From Anaerolineae bacterium (lineage in GTDB: Bacteria > Chloroflexota > Anaerolineae > B4-G1 > SLSP01): a DNA stretch of 48,691 nucleotides. Below are positions 18,232 through 26,547 of this stretch, piece by piece. The stretch is taken from contig JAFGNR010000083.1 of NCBI GenBank assembly GCA_016926915.1, positions 1-48,691 of the forward strand. The letters run 5' to 3'. The notes below the pieces were generated by a model. It did not search any database and was not told the DNA's origin. It saw only the letters and a list, made by a program, of their open reading frames with translations. Position 1 is the stretch's first letter, and each line of letters starts with the position of its first letter. Made by a program: the position numbers and the translations under genes.

Positions 18232-20318
18232 GACGCTTCTTTTCCTTTTTCTGTAGGTTGCGGATACTGAATGCGGGGATGATAGGCGCCCCGGAGAACC
18301 TCAATGTAGGTTGCTTTGACAATTGCCAAATCGTGTAGCGTGATCGGGCATTCGTCGAGCTGTCCGCCTCGAATACGCGCATCAAAAATACGCTCGACGA
18401 CCGCGGTGATCTCTTCCGGCGTCGTAGGGCGCGCCGCCCGCGTGGCAGCCTCGCAGCCATCTGCCAGCATCGTCAGCGAGGTTTCGCGGCTCTGTGGACG
18501 GGGTCCCGGGTAGTGGAACAGCGATTCATCCACCAGACCGGCTTCACCGCCGGCCGCCTTGAGCGCTTTCTGGAAGAAAAAACTGGCCTGCGCTGTGCCA
18601 TGATGCTCCGGGATGAATGCGCGGACCCTGGCCGGCAATCCATACTGCCGCGCCAACTTGAGGCCGTCGGCCACGTGCCCGACCACAATGCTCGCACTGG
18701 CCTGGGGATCAAGCCGGTCGTGGGGGTTGCTCATGCCCTCTTGATTCTCGACAAAGAAATAGGGGCGCATCAGCTTGCCCACATCATGGTAATAGGTCCC
18801 GGCGCGCGTCAACAAGGCATTGGCCCCAATACGCTCGGCCGCCTGTTCAGCCATACTGGCCACCATCATCGTATGGTGAAACGTGGCCGGCGCCTCCCGT
18901 AACAACCGCTGCAAAAGCGGGTGGTTGGGATGGCTCAACTCCACCAACCGGAATGTCGTCGTCAAGTCGAAAAGCGGGGCCAGAAGAAACAACCCGCCGA
19001 GCGCCAACCCTCCAGATACCACGCCGCCGGCAACGCTGGCGCCGGCCTCAATGAGGAACGGCAACGGATCGGTGGTCAAATCGCGGACCGGCGACAAGAT
19101 CACCCCTACCACCGCCATCACCAACCCACCCAAAAGACCAGCGCGAAAGATCGATGCCGTTTGTTCATACTTAGGCAACGTCAACGCCGCCGCTGCTCCA
19201 CTCGCCCCGACCATCGCCAGCACCGCGAAGTTCCCTCCCGCAATCCAACCGCTAATGACTGCCAGCAAGAGAACCCCGCCCAACGCGGCTTCACGGCCCA
19301 CGGTGGTAGCCAGCAGAATACCCAACGCCGCCACGGGATAAAGGTGGAGCAGAAGCGGTCCCGACGGGACCAATAGACGCGCCAGCCACATGAATGTGAC
19401 CAGAAGCAAAAACATCAGCCCTTCCAGGCGCCGGTTGACCAACGCCTCGCGCTGGAGCACATACAAATACAATCCCAGAAGAAGGGTCAGCGCTAATGCC
19501 AGAGCCAGGGTCAAAATCGTTCCCGGCCAATCCCGGCGGGGTGTAGTCAGTCCCAATTGCGCCAGGGCCTCTACTTCCAGATCCGAGACCACACTGCCAT
19601 CCCGCACAATGATCTCGCCATTGCGCACGGTTCTCACGACAGGACCCACGGCCTGGGTGGCCTGTTCCCGCGCCAGATCGGTCGCTTCTTGATCATAGAA
19701 GCTATTCGGAACGATGAAACGCTGGACCAAGGCGACGACGAGACTGGCTTCATCCTGGGGTAGCTCTAGCGGGACCATCAGGGGGACGCGCTCGCGCACC
19801 CCATTCAACGATGTTCCCCGAATCTCCTCCTCACGCAGAATCTGATCCACCAACCCCCGGGATTCGACCTGGACGCGACTCCAACCGACATCCGGCAGGG
19901 TCAACATCACCGTAACGTCGCTCAACGCCATGTCCGCAATCTCGTCCACGGAAAGTACCCAACTACGTTTCTGGGAATCCGTAGCATACGTATCCGCGCG
20001 CACGGCCGTCACAAAGTCGAGCGCCGCGCGCACGCGGTCGAGTTGTTCGCGGACAATACTGAAATCCGGACGGGTATAGATGGACTCCACCTGACGGCGC
20101 GCTTCTTCTTGCGCCTGCACCGTCAGGATCTCGCTGACAAAGGTGAGTTCGCGAGGGGCATAAATATCTTGAGAGGCCACGTCGCCTGGGGCGAGGCTAT
20201 ACTGCCCGGTGAAACTAACCAACAAGACCATGGACACGGCCACGACCAGGCCCACAAGATACACGAGCTGGCGCAGCTTCCAGCGCCTCCCGTTGGATGA
20301 TGCTTCGACACGGTTCAT
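18228..20318 (-). CDS. 7TM-receptor / HD-domain membrane phosphohydrolase (PgpH/YqfF-like)
   Basis: An extracellular N-terminal domain is followed by seven hydrophobic helices and an HD domain (HHTMMVASMAEQAA...YYHDVGKL). It occupies the classical position upstream of ybeY-dgkA. Confidence 0.85.
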   Translation of the reverse strand: MNRVEASSNGRRWKLRQLVYLVGLVVAVSMVLLVSFTGQYSLAPGDVASQDIYAPRELTFVSEILTVQAQEEARRQVESIYTRPDFSIVREQLDRVRAALDFVTAVRADTYATDSQKRSWVLSVDEIADMALSDVTVMLTLPDVGWSRVQVESRGLVDQILREEEIRGTSLNGVRERVPLMVPLELPQDEASLVVALVQRFIVPNSFYDQEATDLAREQATQAVGPVVRTVRNGEIIVRDGSVVSDLEVEALAQLGLTTPRRDWPGTILTLALALALTLLLGLYLYVLQREALVNRRLEGLMFLLLVTFMWLARLLVPSGPLLLHLYPVAALGILLATTVGREAALGGVLLLAVISGWIAGGNFAVLAMVGASGAAAALTLPKYEQTASIFRAGLLGGLVMAVVGVILSPVRDLTTDPLPFLIEAGASVAGGVVSGGLALGGLFLLAPLFDLTTTFRLVELSHPNHPLLQRLLREAPATFHHTMMVASMAEQAAERIGANALLTRAGTYYHDVGKLMRPYFFVENQEGMSNPHDRLDPQASASIVVGHVADGLKLARQYGLPARVRAFIPEHHGTAQASFFFQKALKAAGGEAGLVDESLFHYPGPRPQSRETSLTMLADGCEAATRAARPTTPEEITAVVERIFDARIRGGQLDECPITLHDLAIVKATYIEVLRGAYHPRIQYPQPTEKGKEAS

Positions 20319-20343
20319 TGACCGGACTTTCCTGGCAACTTCG

Positions 20344-20371
20344 TTTTCGGGATTAGATTTTCGGGATTAGA
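20344..20371. repeat. Tandem direct repeat, 2 x 14 nt
   Basis: TTTTCGGGATTAGA is repeated head to tail (20344-20357 and 20358-20371). It lies between the yqeY terminator and the pgpH-like start. Confidence 0.9.
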
Positions 20372-20400
20372 AAAGAGGGAACCCCAAAGGGCCCCCTCTC
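20370..20400 (-). terminator. Intrinsic terminator after yqeY
   Basis: The minus strand reads AGAGGGGGCCCTTTGGGGTTCCCTCT followed by TTTC. The outer stem is AGAGGG/CCCTCT with inner CCC/GGG pairing. Confidence 0.55.
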
Positions 20401-20424
20401 GTTCGCCTGTTGTTCTAGAGGGGT

Positions 20425-20868
20425 TCAGGCAAGGAGCAAATCGCGTACAACCTGATTGACCAACCGGCCCTCGGCGCGTCCTTGTACCTGGGGCATGAGC
20501 GCCTGCATCACCTTGCCGGCATCCTTTGGCGACGTCGCGCCGACTTCGGCAATCACCACTCGCGCCAGATTTGCGATTTCAGCCGCGTCGAGTTGTTCCG
20601 GAAGATACGCTTCGAGCACGGCAATCTCCGCCAGGTCGACTGTTTCCAGATCGGTCCGCCCGGCATCCTGAACCATGACCAGCGCCTCTTTGCGACGCTT
20701 GACTTCTTTCTGGATCAGGGACAAGACCTCCTGGTCGGAGAGCTCACCGCTTTCTACCTCGGCCATCTGAATGGACAAAAGGACCATGCGCAACGCCGAT
20801 TTACGGCGCGCATCGCGATCCCGCATCGCCTGTTTCAAGTCAGCCTGAAGTGTATCTCGCAAGCTCAT
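20425..20868 (-). CDS. GatB/YqeY-domain protein
   Basis: LKQAMRDRDARRKSALRMVLLSIQMAEVE resembles the YqeY family. It lies directly downstream of rpsU, as in many bacteria. An SD GGGGGAGG sits 7 nt upstream. Confidence 0.8.
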   Translation of the reverse strand: MSLRDTLQADLKQAMRDRDARRKSALRMVLLSIQMAEVESGELSDQEVLSLIQKEVKRRKEALVMVQDAGRTDLETVDLAEIAVLEAYLPEQLDAAEIANLARVVIAEVGATSPKDAGKVMQALMPQVQGRAEGRLVNQVVRDLLLA

Positions 20869-20904
20869 CTCACTGCCTCCCCCGTTTCTCGTGAACCCGT
20901 AGCT

Positions 20905-21117
20905 CTAATAACGGCGGCGAAGGTCTTTCAGCGTAGAGCGACGGCTTTTGCGGAGCTTCGCAGCGCGTTTGCGTTTACGAACAATGCTCGGTTGCTCGAA
21001 ATACCGGCGCTTGCGAATTTCGGACAAAATCCGATCCCCCTGCACCTTTTTCTTGAACCTTCTCATTAACGAGTCAAAGGACTCATTGTCATCAGCCACT
21101 ACATAGGTCACGCTCAT
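20905..21117 (-). CDS. rpsU: 30S ribosomal protein S21
   Basis: MSVTYVVADDNESFDSLMRRFKKKVQGDRILSEIRKRRYFEQPSIVRKRKRAAKLRK aligns with the S21 pattern (E-S-x-x-x-A-L-R-R-F-K-like). The ORF-track start at 21153 is an N-terminal extension. Confidence 0.9.
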   Translation of the reverse strand: MSVTYVVADDNESFDSLMRRFKKKVQGDRILSEIRKRRYFEQPSIVRKRKRAAKLRKSRRSTLKDLRRRY

Positions 21118-21206
21118 CCCCCCCTTCGGTTCTACCGGCGCCTGCGTAGTCAACGACGCCAGCTAGGAGTCAGCCGCGGGCACAAATCCAGCAAGCTTCA
21201 ACTCAC

Positions 21207-21234
21207 ATTATACCGGCGCAAGGGTGATTGTCAA
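21207..21234 (-). promoter_or_regulatory. Consensus sigma-70-type promoter of rpsU-yqeY
   Basis: The minus strand reads TTGACA (21234-21229), a 16-nt spacer, then TATAAT (21212-21207). It lies about 90 nt upstream of the rpsU start. Confidence 0.7.
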
Positions 21235-21353
21235 GGAAGGGACGCTAGACGCTAGAGGCATGTATGTACGGCACTCACTAACAAGTTTCAGCGCCAACCC
21301 TACCCCAACTGAAATCAAACAAAATCTGGCAGGTCTCTGCGCGCCCGAACTCT

Positions 21354-23276
21354 TCACCGGCATGTCCAGTCATAGATCAGAGCCGTGATGTCGCCGGCCG
21401 GATTGCGAATTTCGGCGGTTGCGCCGCCGGGATAGGCTTGCGCGACGCTCTGGTATTCGATCAGGAGATCCAATATGAAGACAAAGCGGGTCGGACATGT
21501 GGCAGGGGCAAGCTCGTGTCCCGGCAACACATCCACGCCCTCCTGTCCGCGCAACAGGAAGGCCAACGCGCCAAAGTCCCAATAGAGCTGCGGGGCGCCA
21601 TAGAAACGCACCGGCGCTTCCGGCAGCGGTTCCGCAAGCAGGCGGCGCGCCACAGCCGTCGCGACTTGCGCCGTGGGATTACCGTAATCCCCACGCGGTG
21701 TGTAGACGGCGAAGTAGAAAGTGAGGTTGAACGTGACGACTGCCGTCGCGAGCACCAGAATCACGCCCATCTGTACCCGCGGCCGCGAAGCCAGGCGTCG
21801 CCACAGGACGTCAACGCCCCAGGCAACCAAGAAAGCCGCCGGCGGAACCAGTAACAAGCCCCGCTGGCTGCTGGGGGGATTCTCGGTGAGCGTCCAGGCA
21901 GCCGTTAACGTCGACAGAAACCAGAGCAATACCAAGAAACGAGAAGGACGCCGCCAGTGAAGACAGGCCTCGAGAAGCCCAAGGAGCATCAGCGCTCCGG
22001 CAACGAAGTCCAAGAGAGGCGCGCGAGGATAATACCAGAACGTGGGGTCGGGGGTTAGGTGAAAAGCCGAAATGGACTTCCAGAATTGCTGAAACAGGAG
22101 CGCCAGAGCCGGCTTTCCGGTAATCACGACTTCGCGTTCCAGCCATCCCGACGCGAAAATGCTGACCGCATTCATCCTTGCAGTCAGATCCGCCGGATGC
22201 CCGGCATACCAGAGCCAAAGCGGCAAGGTCGCAACGACCCAGCCCAGGGCTAGCATCCCTATCCCGCGCCAATGCCGCTTCAGGAAGGCCGGTTCCGCCA
22301 ACATACGCCAGACCAGGGTCAAGCCAATGAGAACGGTCACCCACCGCGCACCAAAATAGAGATACCAGCCCACCCCCGCCGCCAGTCCCGCCCACCCCCA
22401 ATCGGGGACCGCGGGTGAACCGGAGCCGGACCGCAACTCACGGCGCAACGCGCGCCACAATAACCACAACGCCAACGTTGCAATCAGCGGATCGAAGATT
22501 TGATTCGAGGCCAAACGGCTGAAATGGATGTGGTAGGCTGCCGCCGCAACGGTCAGGGCAGCAGCCCATCCCACCCGCTCGCCTCCCAACTCGCGACCCA
22601 GTAGAAAGGTAGTCAAAACTGTTGCAGTACCCGCCAAGACCGAAAGCAACCGGGCGCCGGCAATGCTCGCGCCCACCAGACGCATCGCCAGACCATAAAG
22701 CATGAATGAGAACGTGGGCACCGAGTACCAGCCGGCAGCAAAGGGATTGCCAAACGGGGCTTCTACCAGTTGCACACCCAGGAGCGCTTGTGTTCCTTCG
22801 TCGCCGCCGAAGTTAATCGGGATGCGTGAAAGGGCTACGCAACGCACCAGGAAAGCTGCCAGGAGCAGCAACCCCACAGGCATAGCGCGACGGAGGCGCC
22901 GCCCGGCTATCCGGTCCCACGACAGGGACAAACGAGCATTCGCGATACCAAAAAGTAACAGGGCGACACACCACAGACCCAACGACGGAACGTGGCTTGT
23001 GCCGGGAGGGCGCGCGCGGGCCGTGTATCCAGCAGCGAAAGTAAACAGTAGCGAGGCAATCGCCGCACCCCACCGGATGAGCCGCCGGTGATCGAGATCG
23101 ACCAGCACAGGCGTCCAGCGCCCCAGACGGCGCGGCTGTAGGCGCAGAAACACGCCGAGGTAGCTGGCCAACCCTAACAGGACCAGCAGCCCCCCATCCC
23201 AAGGGTAGCGGCTGTTTCCCAGCAGAAATGAGCCAGCCAACAGCAGGCTCAGGGAAAAGAGCGTCAAGCCGGCCAT
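21354..23276 (-). CDS. GT39/ArnT-like (PMT_2) membrane glycosyltransferase
   Basis: A polytopic 640-aa protein with an early loop motif GGDEGTQ (DE) typical of GT-C family 39 enzymes. The family call is moderate. Confidence 0.65.
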   Translation of the reverse strand: MAGLTLFSLSLLLAGSFLLGNSRYPWDGGLLVLLGLASYLGVFLRLQPRRLGRWTPVLVDLDHRRLIRWGAAIASLLFTFAAGYTARARPPGTSHVPSLGLWCVALLLFGIANARLSLSWDRIAGRRLRRAMPVGLLLLAAFLVRCVALSRIPINFGGDEGTQALLGVQLVEAPFGNPFAAGWYSVPTFSFMLYGLAMRLVGASIAGARLLSVLAGTATVLTTFLLGRELGGERVGWAAALTVAAAAYHIHFSRLASNQIFDPLIATLALWLLWRALRRELRSGSGSPAVPDWGWAGLAAGVGWYLYFGARWVTVLIGLTLVWRMLAEPAFLKRHWRGIGMLALGWVVATLPLWLWYAGHPADLTARMNAVSIFASGWLEREVVITGKPALALLFQQFWKSISAFHLTPDPTFWYYPRAPLLDFVAGALMLLGLLEACLHWRRPSRFLVLLWFLSTLTAAWTLTENPPSSQRGLLLVPPAAFLVAWGVDVLWRRLASRPRVQMGVILVLATAVVTFNLTFYFAVYTPRGDYGNPTAQVATAVARRLLAEPLPEAPVRFYGAPQLYWDFGALAFLLRGQEGVDVLPGHELAPATCPTRFVFILDLLIEYQSVAQAYPGGATAEIRNPAGDITALIYDWTCR

Positions 23277-23288
23277 CGCCAGATCCAG

Positions 23289-24197
23289 CTATCCGACGGA
23301 GAAACCGCAGAGGGCGGCAATATCTTCGGCGGCGCCGCGCGCACGGTGGCGAAGTAACCCCAGGGTTGCCCCCCCCCGGATTGCCGCCGCCAGGATCATC
23401 CGCTCGCCGACACTGAGCGCATACAGCATGTAATCGCCGCCGGTAATACTCTGTTCGAAGCGCACCTGTTCTCGCCCCAAGATCCGCGCCACCTCAACAG
23501 AGGTATGCCATCCTTGAATCACTGCATTCCCCATGGCGTTTGCCTCTTGCGGCTGAAGTCGCCCCACCCATAGTTCCAACCGGTCGTCTACCGTCAGCAA
23601 CACCGCATCCGCCGTCACCTCCAGGGCCAGGGCATTCATCACCCGTTGGATTTGTGACCGGTGAGCAGTAACAGCCCGGGAAACCTCAGACGGCTCTGCG
23701 GGCGACCGCGAGACGATGGGCGGAGCAGGTTCGGAGATAGCCGGGGGAGCATCTCCTGTAGCGCTTTCTTCTACCTCTGGCTCAGGCTCTGATTCTGGTT
23801 CCGTGTTTACAGGATCAGGAGCCGGAGCCAGAGGCATCGGGGCCAGTAGAGCAGCCTCGATACGCTCGGGGAGTTCAGGAAGGAAAAAGGGTTTCGGCAA
23901 TACCCCCTGAACAGAGAGGGAGATCGTGACAGACTCGGTCAACTCCTCTCCCATGAACGGAATCAACATGATACGTAAATCCGGACGTTTTTCGCGTAAC
24001 TGCTTGACCAAAGCAACAGGTCCAGGCCGCTCTACGGCCATGTCCACTATGGCAAGATCCAACAAAGACGCAGCGCCGATATCCAGCGCAGCCTCCATGG
24101 TATGTACAACAGTGACTCCATGTCCATGACGCGACAATTCTTCTTGCAGAAGGGTAGCAAATGCGACGTTCGGATCGACGATCATTATCTGTGCCAT
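23289..24197 (-). CDS. Atypical receiver domain fused to a Roadblock/LC7 (MglB-like) domain
   Basis: N-terminal receiver-like pattern (MIVDPN, LAIVDM, LPKPF), with the second acidic residue and the Thr/Ser position apparently substituted. A Pro/Glu-rich linker (EPESEPEPEVEE) follows. The C-terminal ~115 aa have a Roadblock-like pattern (AVLLTVDDRL...YMLYALSVGERMILAAAI...LGLLR). Confidence 0.6.
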   Translation of the reverse strand: MAQIMIVDPNVAFATLLQEELSRHGHGVTVVHTMEAALDIGAASLLDLAIVDMAVERPGPVALVKQLREKRPDLRIMLIPFMGEELTESVTISLSVQGVLPKPFFLPELPERIEAALLAPMPLAPAPDPVNTEPESEPEPEVEESATGDAPPAISEPAPPIVSRSPAEPSEVSRAVTAHRSQIQRVMNALALEVTADAVLLTVDDRLELWVGRLQPQEANAMGNAVIQGWHTSVEVARILGREQVRFEQSITGGDYMLYALSVGERMILAAAIRGGATLGLLRHRARGAAEDIAALCGFSVG

Positions 24198-24373
24198 GCG
24201 TTACCTCAAATCGAAATAGTGGAACACCGAACACACCTATTCTATAAAAGCCATAGAAAAATGCAAATGCCCTCAATACTCGAAGTCGCCCAACTGCAAC
24301 CCCGGTGGTACAATGAAGTCGAAAGGTTTCACCATAATGCCATCAGACCGAACCGGAGCATGTAGGCGACGCC

Positions 24374-25747
24374 GTGATAGAGAAACCAAGTCTTGACCCT
24401 CCAGCCTTCAGCCCCAAGGGACTGGGCCTAAGGTTTGTGCTGCTTGTTGTGGCGGGAATGCTGCTTTTCACGCCGCTTCCGACGCTACCCGGATTAGCAG
24501 CAGTGCGTGCCGGGGAACAAGCGCTCGCCGACGGTGCATTCACAGCCGCAGAACGCCAGCTCTTGCAAGCCCAGACGGAGTTGCCGGCAACCCCGGAAGT
24601 CACCTGGCGCTTGATCGAGCTCTACACCCGTTGGGAACGTTTTGAAAAAGGGCTGGCTCTGCTCCCCGATACCAATCCAGACCCGTATCGCCAACGATTG
24701 GCGCTTCGCCTGCTCGCCGGAGCCGGCGAGTGGGCAACCGTAGAACAGCAAGCCCGGGACTACCTTGCGGAGTTTGAAGTTGAACCGGAGATACAAAACT
24801 TACAAATCAAAGCGCAACTCCAACAAGGCAAGTGTGCAGCGGCGGCCCGGTCAGCAGCAGAATGGTATGCCATATCCCCCACGAATCACGCCGCTGCCGA
24901 AGTCTGGGGAATCCTGACCGTACTGGAAACAACCGCTGCTCCAACGGAAGGCGCCGCGATTTTGTGCGACGCGGAGGCAAATCAGGTCCTCTGCACGACA
25001 CTCAGGACATGCCTCTCTCCCGCAGAATGCACCACCACTCTCGGTCTTGCACTCCTGAGACAGGGTGAATTTGCGCTGGCCGCCTGCATGTTGGAGTCTG
25101 CAACCGAATTGACCCCGACATCCAGCCGCAACCATCTCTGGCTGGGCGCCGCCCTGGAGCGGACGGGACGGTCGCGCGAGGCCCTCCCACATCTCAGCGA
25201 AGCAACGCGCCTTGACCCAACAATGCCGGCAGCCTGGCTCCTACTCGGAATTCACCAGCTCAACGCGGGGGAACTCAACGCCGCCGTCGAGGCGCTGCAA
25301 GAAGCACACCGGCTGGACCCTGCCAACCCACTGCCCTGCCTATCTCTAGCTGCCGCGGCCGCGGCCGAAGCACGCTACCTTGACGTCCCCGTCTGGACAT
25401 ACGCAGCCCTGGAACGCGCGCCGGATGACGCCGAGGTGTGGAAATCGGCGGCCAGACTGTATCTGGAACGAAGCCTCGAATTGGAGGACGAGCCACTCCA
25501 CGCCGCGGAAGGCGCCGTGGCTCTGGCCCCGGATGATGCGGAGGCCTGGATGTTATTGGGGCGAGTCCGGCTGAACAACGCTGACCTCGACGGCGGGCTG
25601 GCAGCCCTACAAGAAGCCGTCGCGCGCGATGCCAACTACGGAGAGAGCTATTATTGGATAGGACGCGCACTCGAATTGTTGGGGAAGCGAAGCGAGGCAC
25701 GACGCGCGTTCGAGCAGGCTGCCGACCTGGGATTTCGCAATGAGTGA
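24374..25747 (+). CDS. TPR-repeat protein with N-terminal membrane anchor
   Basis: N-terminal TM LRFVLLVVAGMLLFTPL. Repeated 34-aa A/L/W-rich units follow (e.g. AEAWMLLGRVRLNNADLDGGLAALQEAVARDANY). The GTG start is uncertain. Confidence 0.75.
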   Translation: MIEKPSLDPPAFSPKGLGLRFVLLVVAGMLLFTPLPTLPGLAAVRAGEQALADGAFTAAERQLLQAQTELPATPEVTWRLIELYTRWERFEKGLALLPDTNPDPYRQRLALRLLAGAGEWATVEQQARDYLAEFEVEPEIQNLQIKAQLQQGKCAAAARSAAEWYAISPTNHAAAEVWGILTVLETTAAPTEGAAILCDAEANQVLCTTLRTCLSPAECTTTLGLALLRQGEFALAACMLESATELTPTSSRNHLWLGAALERTGRSREALPHLSEATRLDPTMPAAWLLLGIHQLNAGELNAAVEALQEAHRLDPANPLPCLSLAAAAAAEARYLDVPVWTYAALERAPDDAEVWKSAARLYLERSLELEDEPLHAAEGAVALAPDDAEAWMLLGRVRLNNADLDGGLAALQEAVARDANYGESYYWIGRALELLGKRSEARRAFEQAADLGFRNE

Positions 25748-25760
25748 GCCTGTCGCCGGC

Positions 25761-26384
25761 TCAAGACTCGGCCGCCGAACGAGATGCGCGATAGACATAC
25801 CAGATACGTTGGGCGACGGTGAACCAGGTTCCTATGGCCAGAACCAGCAATGCGCCGTGCAGCCAACCGGCTAACGTCCCTACTCCCAGCACGACAATGC
25901 GCGGCACCCGGGTGAAAAGACCCGTATTACAGGCGAGACCGACGCCCTCGGCCCGGGCGCGGGCATAACTGACCATTACGGAGCCCAGCAACGCCACGAC
26001 TGCCCATATCACAGACCACGTAGCCTGCGCCCCCAACAACCAGACCAGTAAACCGAGGAAAAGCGCGCCTTCAGAGATACGATCCAAGGTGGAATCCAGG
26101 AATGCCCCAAAGGACGACTTCTCACCGGCAACCCGCGCCAGAGCGCCATCGACGGCATCGAGGGATGAGACTAAGAGCAACAACACAGCCCCCAGTTTTA
26201 GCCGGCCACTACCCAGAACCACCCCCACCCCGCATGACAGAATCGCGCCAAGAATCGTGATAGTGTTGGCGTGAATGCCCCAGTGATGAAGTTGCCGGGC
26301 AAGGGGATGGGTGATAACCGAGGCCTGCCGGCGCAACCAATCTGTCATCGATTCGTGAAGTTCTCCGTTCGTTGGGTCGGTCAC
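25761..26384 (-). CDS. CDP-alcohol phosphatidyltransferase family protein
   Basis: DAVDGALARVAGEKSSFGAFLDSTLDRISE matches D(x2)DG(x2)AR(x8)G(x3)D(x3)D. The GTG start at 26384 lies 7 nt after GGAGG. Confidence 0.85.
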   Translation of the reverse strand: MTDPTNGELHESMTDWLRRQASVITHPLARQLHHWGIHANTITILGAILSCGVGVVLGSGRLKLGAVLLLLVSSLDAVDGALARVAGEKSSFGAFLDSTLDRISEGALFLGLLVWLLGAQATWSVIWAVVALLGSVMVSYARARAEGVGLACNTGLFTRVPRIVVLGVGTLAGWLHGALLVLAIGTWFTVAQRIWYVYRASRSAAES

Positions 26385-26498
26385 TCATTTTCCTCCAAAA
26401 GAGTCAGATAAGCGTTAGCAACACCGCTGCTTGACAAACCTCTGCATTCTACGGCAATCGAGAATCCTGTCAAACCGATTTTTAGACCACGACGAATC

Positions 26499-26527
26499 TT
26501 GCCATTTCAGCCGCGCTGATTTACAAT
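26499..26527 (+). promoter_or_regulatory. Promoter of mutL
   Basis: TTGCCA (26499-26504), 17-nt spacer, TACAAT (26522-26527). A short leader containing AGGAGG follows. Confidence 0.55.
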
Positions 26528-26547
26528 CAAGGGTAGGAGGATGTCAG

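Noticed and set aside
20344-20371. Possible CRISPR-like repeat
   Set aside because: There are only two 14-nt copies in direct tandem with no spacer. No further copies and no cas genes occur in the window.
21242-21255. Tandem ACGCTAG x2 just upstream of the rpsU -35
   Set aside because: A 7-nt duplication of this size is expected by chance in 48 kb, and nothing else supports a function.
26431-26547. Upstream extensions of ORF-track starts (mutL 26431, GYD 28266, 29083, peptidase 15883, lon 47888, Nudix 32146, UXS 33033, rpsU 21153, SPFH partner 33744)
   Set aside because: The track takes the longest ATG/GTG/TTG frame. In each case an internal start with a proper Shine-Dalgarno reproduces the canonical family N-terminus, and the extension often overlaps the neighbouring gene or promoter.
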